This document shows, piece after piece, positions 26,136-36,255 of a stretch of DNA of 42,644 nucleotides; position 1 is the stretch's first letter; each line of letters starts with the position of its first letter. The translations under genes and the position numbers were made by a program. Source of the DNA: Octopus sinensis. Taxonomy: Eukaryota. The notes under the pieces are model-generated. The model searched no databases, was not told the origin of the DNA, and worked only from the letters and a program-made list of their open reading frames with translations. The DNA lies in contig NW_021835185.1 in NCBI RefSeq assembly GCF_006345805.1, positions 1 to 42,644 on the forward strand, read 5' to 3'.

Positions 26136-29100
26136 GCCCTGATGCAGTACCAGGCAGTGGCTCTCATGGCTTCTGATCTTAACTGATTGGAAGCGTTACC
26201 ATGTACATTGTTTTGTCTTGGTATAAAAGATGGGATACAGCAAATATTCTGCTCAATACCACAGATTTGCTTGTCAGTTGTTTGACTTTAACCAGTTGAG
26301 CATGTCCCTTAGTGGCTGATGATATGTGCATCTCTGATCACGAGCAGAAGTAGTGGGGGAGCATCATAGCCATGTGTTGAGAGGGATTCTTTGGGGTTTG
26401 AATAATTCACCTCTGGAAACATGGGTGATTCGTTCAACATCCTTAAACAACCCTTATTCTTGGGACCTTTTGAGCAGGATGGGTTACTCGACCAGAAGAA
26501 AATTCTAACTGGGCCCCACCTACAAGGTCATGTGCTGTTTATCTTGATATGAAATCACCATGTCGCGCACATATGGTTGTGATGCATGTGCCTGGTGTAC
26601 CCTTATCAGACGGGTAGTCATGGTGGGTATACTGGGCTTCGTATATTTTACCCCAGTGTCACTTTGATGGCATGCACTGCTCTCTCACTTAATAATAATA
26701 ATAATGATAATAATAATAATAAAAATAATGATGAAATTATTATATACAGTGCTCAGGTGCACCACAACTTCTCAGAAGTGCGTAAAAAGCATATGCAGTA
26801 ATGTACAAATGTCTGGGAAGTGAACAGTGTATGAGTCAGATACATGCTTGTGTGTGTATGGAGGGGAGAAAATCAGGTGTAGTGTTGGCGAATCTCAGGA
26901 AGTATGGAAGTTTTGAAGGATGCAGTGCTCCGACAACTAACAACTGCTGCCGGCAGTTTGTTCCATACTTCAGCAACTCTTAGCATGAAAAACTGCTGGT
27001 CTGCACAGGCGTTGGGACTAGGTCTTGGGGCCCTGAAAGAATCGGTTGGAACTGAAAGAATGGTAACACCAGAGTTGTCAATGAGTCTAAATCAGATGTA
27101 CTCAGAAGGGCACAGGTTCAATTCTACTACATGGTACATTAGGCATACGTCATTTTCTTTAGCATGGAGTTAGTCGACTTTGTGGATGAAACTGAGGTTC
27201 ATCAGGTGCGTTGCATTAGCTCACCTTTCGTCAAAAATACAGGTATATTATCAACAATGTTTTAACGTCCACTTTTTCATGCTTGCATGGGTCAGAGTTT
27301 CTTGAGGCAGATTTTCGATGGCTGGATGCTCTTTCTGTCACCAACCCTCACCTGTTTCCAAGTAAAGTAATATTTCCCCACAGCCAGACATCTTGCAGAA
27401 TATTGGAAATGAATAACATTGCTTGCATGGAGATGCGCATTTCATAATTATCATGCAATGTTAAGACAACGTTACACACACGCACGCACACACATACAAA
27501 TAGTACTTTTTCAGTTTCCATCTACCAAATCCACCTAGAGAGCGTTGGTCGACCCAGTGTTATAACAGATGATATTTGCCCAGGGTGCCACACAGTGGGA
27601 CTGAACCTGGAACTATGTAGTTGGGAGGCAAAACTCTTACCACACAGCTATGTCTGTACCTGTGTGTGTGTGTGTGTGTGTGTGTCTTGACAATGTTCAT
27701 TATCATTAAGCATCTGCTTTCCATGCTGGCATGGGTCGGACAGTTTGACTGAAACTGATAAGCCAAAGAGCTGTACCAGGTTCCACTCTGATTTGGCATG
27801 GTTTCTACGGCTGGATGCCCTTCCCAACACCAAAATTGTAATTGTAAACGAGTGTCACTGTCCCACAAGCGGTGTCGTTCACTTCTAGTAGTCTGCAGGA
27901 CGTGTCTGGCCATGAGGGAAATATTACCTTACTTGGAAACAGGTGAGGGTTGATGGCAAGAAGGGCATCCGGCCATCGTAAATCCATCTCAATAAGCTCT
28001 GTCTAACCCATGCAAGCATGGTAAAAATGGACGTTAAAACACCACAGATGTTGATTATATACCAGTAGTTTCGACAATCGACAAACGCAAGGGAAACAAC
28101 TAATAAAATATAATTTTTAAACTGAATTTATGTATTTAAGTCTCAATTGATTAAAATTAATGAAATAATTATGTACTTAAAGGAAGTATGGTCAAGTTTT
28201 AGTTTGTATTCCATATTCATGAATGAAAAAAAGTAAAATCAAAAGGTCCTTCCTGACCCCTAGGCTCATAAGTGGAGGCGCGTGGGTTAGTGGTTAGGGT
28301 GTTGAACTTATGATCGTATGGTTGTGGTTTCGATTCCTGGACCGGGATGTGTGTTGTGTTCTCGAGCAAAACACTTCATTTTCACATTGCTCCAGTTCAC
28401 TCAGCTGGCAAAAATGAGTAATCCTGCAATGGACCGGCGTCCCATCCAGGTGGGGAATTTCTACACCACTGAAACCGGCCCTTATGAGCCTGGCATGGCT
28501 CGAGCAGGAACTAGGCTCATAAGGTTGGTTCCCTGGATTCTGTGGCTTGTACTGTACATACTCGTCTAAGAGTCAAATTTTTTAGACTATTTTTTAAAGT
28601 CAAATTTATGGGGTCGACTATAACATGGATAGTACTTCTGAGGGGCTGAAATTCATGCTAGAATCTGAAGTACCATATCAGCAGCAGAAACCCAACTGAT
28701 CTCCAAACGAATAAAAACAAACACAATGAATTACTGTAATATTACCAATTCTGGAAGCACTCCGTCGGTTACGACGACGAGGGTTCCGGTTGATCCGAAT
28801 CAACGGAACAGCCTGCTCGTGAAATTAACGTGTAAGTGGCTGAGCACTCCACAGACACGTGTACCTTAACGTAGTTCTCGGGGATATTCAGCGTGACACA
28901 GAGAGTGACAAGGCTGGCCCTTTGAAATACAGGTACAACAGAAACAGGAAGTAAGAGTGAGAGAAAGTTGTGGTGAAAGAGTACAGCAGGGATCACCACC
29001 ATCCCCTGCCGGAGCCTCGTGGAGCTTTTAGGTGTTTTCGCTCAATAAACACTCACAACGCCCGGTCTGGGAATTGAAACCGCGAGTCCGGTGCCCTAAC

Positions 29101-32100
29101 CACTGGGCCATTGCGCCTCCATTACCAATTCTATGCATCAAAACACATGTCCTAGTGAATAACAAAACCCATAGACAAGACCACATGGCTCTTATATTTA
29201 CACTTCCACTTTTTAAAAAAAAATTTGCAGGATGTCATCTGCTGTGGTGCTTGCTGTTGTTTGCCAATAGTGTTGTCTGTGAAACACGCTTCTCACCGTG
29301 TAAAAAAGATGAATGTATGACGTGTTTACTGTATTTGGAGATGAAAAAAGTATAAAGATCACATGAGAACCACTGACCTAGCGATTAGTTGAATGGTTTT
29401 AGGCTTACCAAAGTCATGCCTTTGTATGAATTCAGACAGTGGCGTTTGCCAGTGTTTGCCAAGAGTGCTGTCTGTGAAACACGTTTCTCACCGTGTAAAA
29501 AAGATGAATGTATGACGTGTTTACTGTATTTGGAGATGAAAAAGATATAAGATCACATGAGAACCACTGACCTAGCGATTAGTTGAATGGTTTTAGGCTT
29601 ACCAAGTCATGCCTTTGTATGAATTCAGACAGTGGCGTTTGCCAGTGTTTGCCAGAGTGCTGTCTGTGAAACACGTTTCTCACCGTGTAAAAAAGATGAA
29701 TGTATGACGTGTTTACTGTATTTGGAGATGAAAAAGATATAAAGATCACATGAGAACCACTGACCTAGCGATTAGTTGAATGGTTTTAGGCTTACCAAAG
29801 TCATGCCTTTGTATGAATTCAGACAGTGGCGTTTGCCAGTGTTTGCCAAGAGTGCTGTCTGTGAAACACGTTTCTCACCGTGTAAAAAAGATGAATGTAT
29901 GACGTGTTTACTGTATTTGGAGATGAAAAAGATATAAAGATCACATGAGAACCACTGACCTAGCGATTAGTTGAATGGTTTTAGGCTTACCAAAGTCATG
30001 CCTTTGTATGAATTCAGACAGTGGCGTTTGCCAGTGTTTGCCAAGAGTGCTGTCTGTGAAAACGTTTCTCACCGTGTAAAAAAGATGAATGTATGACGTT
30101 TTACTGTATTTGGAGATGAAAAAGATATAAAGATCACATGAGAACCACTGACCTAGCGATTAGTTGAATGGTTTTAGGCTTACCAAAGTCATGCCTTGTA
30201 TGAATTCAGACAGTGGCGTTTGCCAGTGTTTGCCAAGAGTGCTGTCTGTGAAACACGTTTCTCACCGTGTAAAAAAGATGAATGTATGACGTGTTTACTG
30301 TATTTGGAGATGAAAAAGATATAAAGATCACATGAGAACCACTGACCTAGCGATTAGTTGAATGGTTTTAGGCTTACCAAAGTCATGCCTTTGTATGAAT
30401 TCAGACAGTGGCGTTTGCCAGTGTTTGCCAAGAGTGCTGTCTGTGAACACGTTTCTCACCGTGTAAAAAAGATGAATGTATGACGTGTTTACTGTATTTG
30501 GAGATGAAAAAGATATAAAGATCACATGAGAACCACTGACCTAGCGATTAGTTGAATGGTTTTAGGCTTACCAAAGTCATGCCTTTGTATGAATTCAGAC
30601 AGTGGCGTTTGCCAGTGTTTGCCAAGAGTGCTGTCTGTGAAACACGTTTCTCACCGTGTAAAAAAGATGAATGTATGACGTGTTTACTGTATTTGGAGAT
30701 GAAAAAGATATAAAGATCACATGAGAACCACTGACCTAGCGATTAGTTGAATGGTTTTAGGCTTACCAAAGTCATGCCTTTGTATGAATTCAGACAGTGG
30801 CGTTTGCCAGTGTTTGCCAAGAGTGCTGTCTGTGAAACACGTTTCTCACCACGTAAACGAGTGTATGACGCATGTGTTTATTGTGCTTGAAGAAGTATAC
30901 AGGTTTGCAACACATTCTGGGCATATCGAAGTCGATTGACATCAATGGAAATTGCAGCTGTGATACCAGTGCCGGTGGCACGCAAGCGAACCATCCGATC
31001 GTGGCCGTTGCCAGCACCGCCCCGAATGGCCTCCGTGCCGGTGGCACGTAAAAAGCACCATCCGAACGTGGCCGTTGCCAGTGCCGCCCCAACTGGCCTC
31101 CACGCCGGTGGCATGTAAAAAGCACCATCTGAATCGTGGCCGATGCCAGTGCCGCCTCGACTGGCTTCCGTGCTGGTGGCACGTAAAATGCACCAATCCG
31201 ATCGTGGCCGTTTGCCAGCCTCGCCTGGCACCTGTGCATGTGGCACGTAAAAAGCACCCATTACACTCACGGAGTGGTTGGTGTTAGCAAGGGCATCCAG
31301 CCGTAGAAACACTGCCAGATCAGACTGGGCCTGGTGCAGCCTTCTGGCTTCCCAGACCCCAGTTGAACCGTCCAGCCCATGCTAGCATGGAAAGTGGACG
31401 CTAAATGATGATGATGTAGCAGTTGAGTACTGGGGTTGATATAATCGATTTTCCCCCTCCCCTGAAACTGCTAGCCTTGTGCCAAAATTGGAAATCAATA
31501 TTTACACAAGAAATAAGAACAATGCTAAGCTGGTGTGTGTGGTCTTTCTGAACTTACCTTGTTAAGTTCGTTTTCACTTGCCAGTGTTTTGTAGAGATTC
31601 TTTGCGGCAACAAAACCAACTTCTTGGGAGCAGAGAAGAATACACTGATATAAAAATGGAAAGAAATATTTGTAAACATAAATAGGAACTGGAAAAATGG
31701 AGGAAGAATATTAATAATCTTTGTTATTACAAACATGTGAGTGAGAACACTTTGAGATATTTTTGGTATCTAACATATGTCAGATACTGCGAGCGCTGCT
31801 TCTGATTGGTCAATCCATGGTGATGACCCGAGGTCATGATGACAGCGCTGCTTCTGATTGGTCAATACATGGTGATGACCCGAGGTCACGGTGACGGCAC
31901 TACTTTTGTCATTCATAAGTTACAACTAAACGTGAAGAATTTAGTTATTGGATTAATAAAATATGGTCGTTTATTCGTGTGTAATAAATAAAATACCAAA
32001 CTCATTCCCTATGGATACCGTATTTATTACAACTTGTGGCTTGTAAACGTATCTAACGAGCGAAAGCGAGTTAGATACGTTTACAAGCCACTCGTTGTAA

Positions 32101-35100
32101 TAAATACGGTATCCATAGGGAATGAGTTTGGTATTCTCTATTTATTACTGGTATTTTCTGAGGATGTCAATATCACCATGATGGTTTTTAACCATTTGCC
32201 TGTTCTCAATCTCACATTTCATACAAAGGACATATTTCTCTGACAATGGCACTCCTGTTATTGAAGAGGAATATCCTGCAAGGGTCCTGTGCTAGCATCA
32301 TGTAAAAGCATCCATAAAAAGCATCTATCACACCTCTGTAAAGTGGTTGGCATGTTAGGAAAGGCATCCCGACACAGAAACCAAGCCAAGTTAGACTGAA
32401 ATCTGGTGCAGCTCACAAGCTTGCTAGCGCTGGTTAAATCATCCAACCCAAAGGCGGCGAGCTAGCAGAATCGTTAGCACGCTGGGTGAAATGCTTAGCA
32501 GTATTTCGCCTGCTGTTACGTTTTGAGTTAAAATTCCGCCGAGGTCAACTTTGCCTTTCATCCTTTCGGGGTCGATAAATTAAGTACCAGTTACGCACTG
32601 GGGTCGATGTTATCGACTTAATCCGTTTGTCTGTCCTTGTTTGTCCCCTCTATGTTTAGCCCCTTGTGAGCAATAAAGAAATAAGAAATAAATCATCCAA
32701 CCCATGCAGTGTGATGGCTTATTCTGATGTGGCTTTTTATGGGTGCTTCTACATGATGCCAGCACAGGAACTTTTTATGTGGCACCAGCACAGGGCTCTT
32801 GCAGACTATTCCTCTTCAGTAACGAGAGTGACACAGCCAGAGGAATATGTCCTTTGTATGAAATGTGAGATACAGGACAGGCAAATGAGGATGATGATGA
32901 TGTTTTTTTTCAACCACTTGAGACTTGTGATAAGAAAGTTTCATATTAGGTGTAGGAGTGGCTGTGTGGTAAGTAGCTTGCTTACCAACCACATGGTTCT
33001 GGGTTCAGTCCCACTGTGTGGCACTTTGGGCAAGTGTCTTCTACTATAGCCTCGGGCCGACCAAAGCCTTGTGAGTCGATTTGGTAGACGGAAACTGAAA
33101 GAAGCCCGTCGTACATCATGATAGATCGTTAGCTCCTACACGCAATTTTTTCTCTCCTTGCTTTTTTTCTGTGTATCTTTCTGTCAAAGAGCGTAGACTC
33201 GAAGCGTAAAAGACTTGTTCTATTTCTATTCCTGGGCGCCATGCTAATACATTTGTTTGTTTGTACTCCACCTGCCTTCGTCTTTTGTTTATTTTCGTAA
33301 ACCTTCCTGTTATATATATTTGTGTGTGTGTGTGTGTGTGTTGTGTGTGTGTGTGGTGTGTGTGTGTGTATGTGTGTGTGTATGTTTGTGTGTCTGTATT
33401 TGTCCCTCCAACATCGCTTGACAACCGATGCTGGTGTGTTTACATCTCCGTAACTCAGCAGTTCGGCAAAAGAGACTGATAGAATAAGTACTAGGCTTCC
33501 AAAGAAAATCTGCCTCAACAAATTCTATGCAAGTATGGGGAAGTGAATGTTAAAGGATGACGAATGGAATCTCCTATTTCTTGCATTACAATGTAAGTGG
33601 CAGACTATTCTACAGACATTCAAATGCTTACCGTAATCTTCAGGCAGAACGTGCATGACGCACAGTGTGTGACAAGGCCACATTTATGAATTACAGTTAT
33701 AGTCTGTTCGATAGGCTTCCACACAGTTTCCATGTACCTAACTTCACTGACGAGACTTGGATGAAATGGATGCAATGTTATAACAGAAGACAATTTGCCA
33801 AGGTGCAGCACAGTGGGGCTGAACCCAGGAGCTCAAGAGTACTTAGAGAATTATCTAATCCTTTGGCTCTGTCTGCACTCCATATACACACACAAACACA
33901 CACACAATCACACACATATACACACACAAACACAGAACCACGCGTGCACAAAGACACACAAACACTAACACACATTAAATACTCACTTGTTTCTTGAGCT
34001 GTGAAAAAAATTCAGTTGTCTCTTCCAACAAGGATTCGGGATAAAAATCTTTAATTGCATCCATACTCCGAATGATTTCCAAGAAAGATTCTTCATTCTC
34101 TTGCTTCTGCAGTCTAAACAGTTTTGGCAACCAACAGATAAGTTCCAGTTTGTACTGCAGCTCCTTGTTCAAGCACGTCACACCGGTGAGGGAGTCGATG
34201 TAATCTGAAACAAACAAAAAAAAAACCAGGTTCACCTCAAAATCCAAAGGTGTTGCACAACGAAACCAGTGTCTCGGACTCAGACGACGGAAAACAACGT
34301 CGATCTTCGTGGAACTGAAACTGAGAACGTAGAGAAGACAGAAATAAAAACCGTTGCCATTTTACTATGGTATTTCGTCTGCCATTACGTTGTGAGTTCA
34401 AATTCCGCCGAGGTCGACTTTGCCTTTCATCCTTTCGGGGTCAATAAATTAAGTACCAGTTACACACTGGGGTCGATGTAATCGACTTAATACCTATGTC
34501 TGTCCTTGTTTGTCCCCTCTGTATTTAGCCCCTTGTGAGTAGTAAAGAAATAGATAAATTAAGTACCAGTTACGCACTGGGGTCGATGTAATCGACTTAA
34601 TACCTATGTCTGTACTTGTTTGTCCCCTCTGTGTTTAGCCCCTTGTGGGTAGTAAAGAAATTGGTATTTCACCTGTCGCTACGCTCTGAGTTCAAATTCC
34701 GCCAAGGTCGACTTTGCCTTTCATCCTTTCGGGGTCGATAAATTAAGTACCAGTTACACACTGGAGTCGATGTAATCGACTTAATACCTATGTCTGTACT
34801 TGTTTGTCCCCCCTGTGTTTAGCCCCTTGTGGGTAGTAAAGAAATAGGTATTCTTGTCGTTTCTACCATTTCACCAGTTAGAAGACTGGCGTCGTTTTCC
34901 TGTATTCAGAGTTGTCTCCTTTGCTTCGTAGACCAGACACTATACGTAATAAAGTTAGCTCCCAATAATCTTTTCTACTCTAGGTACAACGCCTGAAATT
35001 TTATTCATGTTTGTGTGCGTGTATAGACGACATTTATATTTACCCATATATATCTACCCCGTCATAAGGGACAGTCCATGTCACAACACATACAAACGAC

Positions 35101-35919
35101 CAGAAATCTGCGTTTATAATGATAATAATAACCAAAACACGAGGACTTACGAATGTATATAACATACAGAAAATAGCACTACAAAGTACCGGGGCACATC
35201 CTACGTAAAACACTTTCAATACAGTGAAACATAAGAGCACCACAACAAACCACAGCACCTGCCCAGGGTTCACAGAGCTGCGATCGGTTGTGCAGTGAAA
35301 GCAAGTGATAAAAATAAGACTAATATTATTTCAAATTTTTTGTCACAGGGGCAGCTTGGGGAAGATGAGTCGATTACATCGACCCCCAGTATTCAACTGG
35401 TACTTATTTTATCGACCCCGAAAGGATGAAAGGCAAGGTCGATCTCGGCGGAATTTGAACTCAGAAAGTAGCGACGGGTGAAATACCTATTTCTTTACTA
35501 CCCACAAGGGGGCTAAACACAGAGGGGACAAACAAGGACAGACATAGGTATTAAGTCGATTACATCGACCCCAGTGCGTAACTGGTACTTATTTTATCGA
35601 CCCCCGAAAGGATGAAAGGCAAGGTCGATCTCGGCGGAATTTGAACTCAGAAAGTAGCTACGGACGAAGTGCCATCAAGCATTTTGTCCGGCACGCTGAC
35701 GATTCTGCCATGAATTGACGTTTGACTGTCACCACACACAAAACACACACACCACATATTTAAGCAAATTTTAAGATAAAAAAACATACTTCCAAGTTTG
35801 ATATGGTTCGGTGACCACGGCTCGAAGTTGTGAGACCATTCCTGGAGGATGCGATCACAATAATAACCAGTAATCCATCCGTGAATCGTGTTCTCGATCA
35901 TGGGACAATCCTCAGCCAT
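12438..35919 (-). CDS. TERF1/TERF2-like (TRF): Telomeric repeat-binding factor (TRFH + telobox Myb), spliced, ~401 aa; exons 35790-35919, 33987-34204, 31558-31644, 23221-23369, 22622-22692, 19144-19261, 17054-17114, 16265-16304, 15906-15943, 12438-12730
   Basis: All ten exons have GT-AG boundaries and chain in compatible phases (1,0,0,0,2,0,1,2,1) once one base is restored in exon 4. C-terminal Myb has three Trp and the telobox signature VNLKDKWR. N-terminal exons align by eye to the recalled human TRF1 TRFH domain (GWITGYYC~GWMLDFLC; LKKQ|CILLC~IKIQ|AIAVC; PFLVQ|AASKAVE~TFLMK|AAAKVVE). Confidence 0.88.
12880..13340 (-). mobile_element. Dispersed repeat family D with internal ~60-bp tandem units and (GAT)n end
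   Basis: gtggcacgtaaaaagcaccatccga reiterated; shared ggctggatgcccttcctaacgccaacc; similar copies at ~10290, 11200, 13700, 16680, 18830, 27700, 30950. Confidence 0.75.
13960..14029. repeat. (GAT)n microsatellite tail of a family D repeat
   Basis: Direct observation; source of the poly-Asp ORF. Confidence 0.9.
14198..14400. repeat. Local tandem duplication (~95 bp, about 2 copies)
   Basis: ttttcatgtcttggttaaccacatttagacctc...tcatattcagaccc repeated directly. Confidence 0.8.
14995..15225 (-). mobile_element. CORE-SINE family B
   Basis: Same sequence as 4859-5089. Confidence 0.82.
15287..15850 (+). mobile_element. CORE-SINE family B, head plus tandemly repeated 3' parts
   Basis: One full copy followed by two 5'-truncated copies joined at aaagaaatagg. 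Confidence 0.82.
15906..15943 (-). CDS. TRF: TRF exon 9, 38 nt ([12 protein letters not shown])
   Basis: Acceptor tttctctgtctttgtgtatttgcag, donor GTATGC; phase 2 to 1. Confidence 0.75.
16265..16304 (-). CDS. TRF: TRF exon 8, 40 nt ([14 protein letters not shown])
   Basis: Acceptor gcgtatgtacag, donor GTAAGA; phase 1 to 2, required to link exons 7 and 9 in frame. Confidence 0.7.
16305..16675. repeat. CA-rich minisatellite (cacacacctgta-like units)
   Basis: Direct tandem reiteration abutting the TRF exon 8 acceptor. Confidence 0.9.
17054..17114 (-). CDS. TRF: TRF exon 7, 61 nt ([20 protein letters not shown])
   Basis: Acceptor tttctttttttcag, donor GTATCT; phase 0 to 1. Confidence 0.72.
19144..19261 (-). 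CDS. TRF: TRF exon 6, 118 nt ([12 protein letters not shown]...[10 protein letters not shown])
   Basis: Acceptor gctttctccag, donor GTAAAT; phase 2 to 0 fits both neighbours. A second AG lies 11 nt upstream (exon edge 19272). Confidence 0.75.
19328..19733 (-). mobile_element. CORE-SINE family B dimer
   Basis: Two tandem copies joined at gacgaaatacctatttct. Confidence 0.82.
20068..20370. repeat. Near-perfect long inverted repeat (~145-bp arms, 9-nt loop)
   Basis: gtcacatataaaa...catcgttagcgt / acgctaaacgatg...tttatatgtgac. Confidence 0.92.
21650..21925. repeat. (TA)n-rich compound microsatellite
   Basis: Direct observation. Confidence 0.92.
22622..22692 (-). CDS. TRF: TRF exon 5, 71 nt ([23 protein letters not shown])
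   Basis: Acceptor tttcctgtatttag, donor GTATGT; only one frame is open; starts like TRF1 AAAKVVESK; phase 0 to 2. Confidence 0.85.
23221..23369 (-). CDS. TRF: TRF exon 4, 149 nt as assembled (150 expected); [11 protein letters not shown]...[13 protein letters not shown](T)PFLVQ
   Basis: Acceptor ctcctgtattttttaag, donor GTAATT. Adding one base near 23238 gives 50 codons that align without gaps to the end of the recalled TRF1 TRFH domain; as written it hits TAG just before the donor. Confidence 0.8.
23510..23770 (+). mobile_element. SINE remnant with V-SINE-like central segment
   Basis: gaccggcgtcccgtccagg...gaaaccgg; related copy at 28283-28510. Confidence 0.5.
24355..24585 (+). mobile_element. 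CORE-SINE family B with TSD
   Basis: 13-bp TSD ggtatatttgacc at 24342-24354 and 24586-24598. Confidence 0.88.
25861..25944 (-). CDS. Candidate additional in-frame TRF exon, 84 nt ([28 protein letters not shown])
   Basis: Acceptor cgcgttttctctcag, donor GTAAGA, phase 0-0, open, non-repetitive sequence in TRF intron 3; not needed for homology. Confidence 0.45.
26086..26690. repeat. Unclassified interspersed repeat bounded by (AAT)n tracts
   Basis: Non-coding ~560-bp block between two (AAT)n arrays; repeat status is from familiarity with octopus DNA and is not demonstrable within the window. Confidence 0.4.
26690..27200 (-). mobile_element. 3' end of CR1/L2-group LINE with (TAT)n-like tail
   Basis: Minus strand [39 protein letters not shown], the typical FFxxRVxxxWNxLP terminal motif. 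Confidence 0.8.
28753..29120 (-). mobile_element. Full-length SINE family A
   Basis: 12-bp TSD attaccaattct at 28741-28752 and 29121-29132. Confidence 0.88.
29272..30850 (-). repeat. Tandem array of ~8 copies of a 195-bp unit inside TRF intron 3; each unit = 63-nt candidate cassette exon + 132-nt candidate intron
   Basis: Candidate exons at 29409-29471, 29603-29663, 29796-29858, 29991-30053, 30184-30245, 30378-30440, 30572-30634, 30767-30829; each flanked by tttcacAG and GTAAGC on the minus strand. Copies differ almost only by single-base deletions. Confidence 0.9.
30950..31415 (-). mobile_element. Repeat family D with internal tandem units
   Basis: Same architecture as 12880-13340. Confidence 0.75.
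31558..31644 (-). CDS. TRF: TRF exon 3, 87 nt ([29 protein letters not shown])
   Basis: Acceptor ttctttccatttttatatcag, donor GTAAGT; phase 0-0; 29 codons aligning without gaps to recalled TRF1 AIAVCMENGNFKEAEEVFERIFGDPNSHM. Confidence 0.88.
31992..32135. repeat. 66-bp-arm hairpin with GAGC-GAAA-GCGA apex
   Basis: Arms 31992-32057 and 32070-32135, two mismatches. Confidence 0.9.
32451..32688 (+). mobile_element. CORE-SINE family B inserted in a family D repeat
   Basis: 16-bp TSD taaatcatccaaccca at 32435-32450 and 32689-32704. Confidence 0.88.
33987..34204 (-). CDS. TRF: TRF exon 2, 218 nt (YIDSLTGV...FFSQLKKQ)
   Basis: Acceptor ttttttttgtttgtttcag, donor GTGAGT; open, phase 1 to 0; lies inside track ORF 33975..34247. 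Confidence 0.88.
34367..34850 (+). mobile_element. CORE-SINE family B multimer (three 3' parts)
   Basis: Tandem reiteration ending gggtagtaaagaaat. Confidence 0.82.
35359..35710 (-). mobile_element. CORE-SINE family B, compound copy
   Basis: Two reverse-oriented segments just inside TRF intron 1. Confidence 0.75.
35790..35919 (-). CDS. TRF: TRF exon 1 ([43 protein letters not shown])
   Basis: ATG in strong context (acaATGG); donor a|GTATGT, phase 1; resembles TRFH helix 1. An upstream in-frame ATG at 35955 is also possible. Confidence 0.8.
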
Positions 35920-36059
35920 TGTTACCACTCCCCGCCATAACACATCGCATTTCAAAACACCGGTGACGCATTAATCATTGAACCCAATTGAAATAGTTCC
36001 ACTTTCATTTTACACTCTTTCACTCCTTCGCTCTAGCTATCTTTCTTACTTTCTTTCTA

Positions 36060-36066
36060 TCGACCA

Positions 36067-36110
<44 letters not shown>

Positions 36111-36163
36111 GTCTATCCATCCATCCGTCTATCTATCTATCTATCTATCTATCGATCGATCTA

Positions 36164-36255
<92 letters not shown>

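Noticed and set aside
29272-30850. CRISPR-like array
   Set aside because: Units are identical along their whole length with no unique spacers, and the context is eukaryotic.
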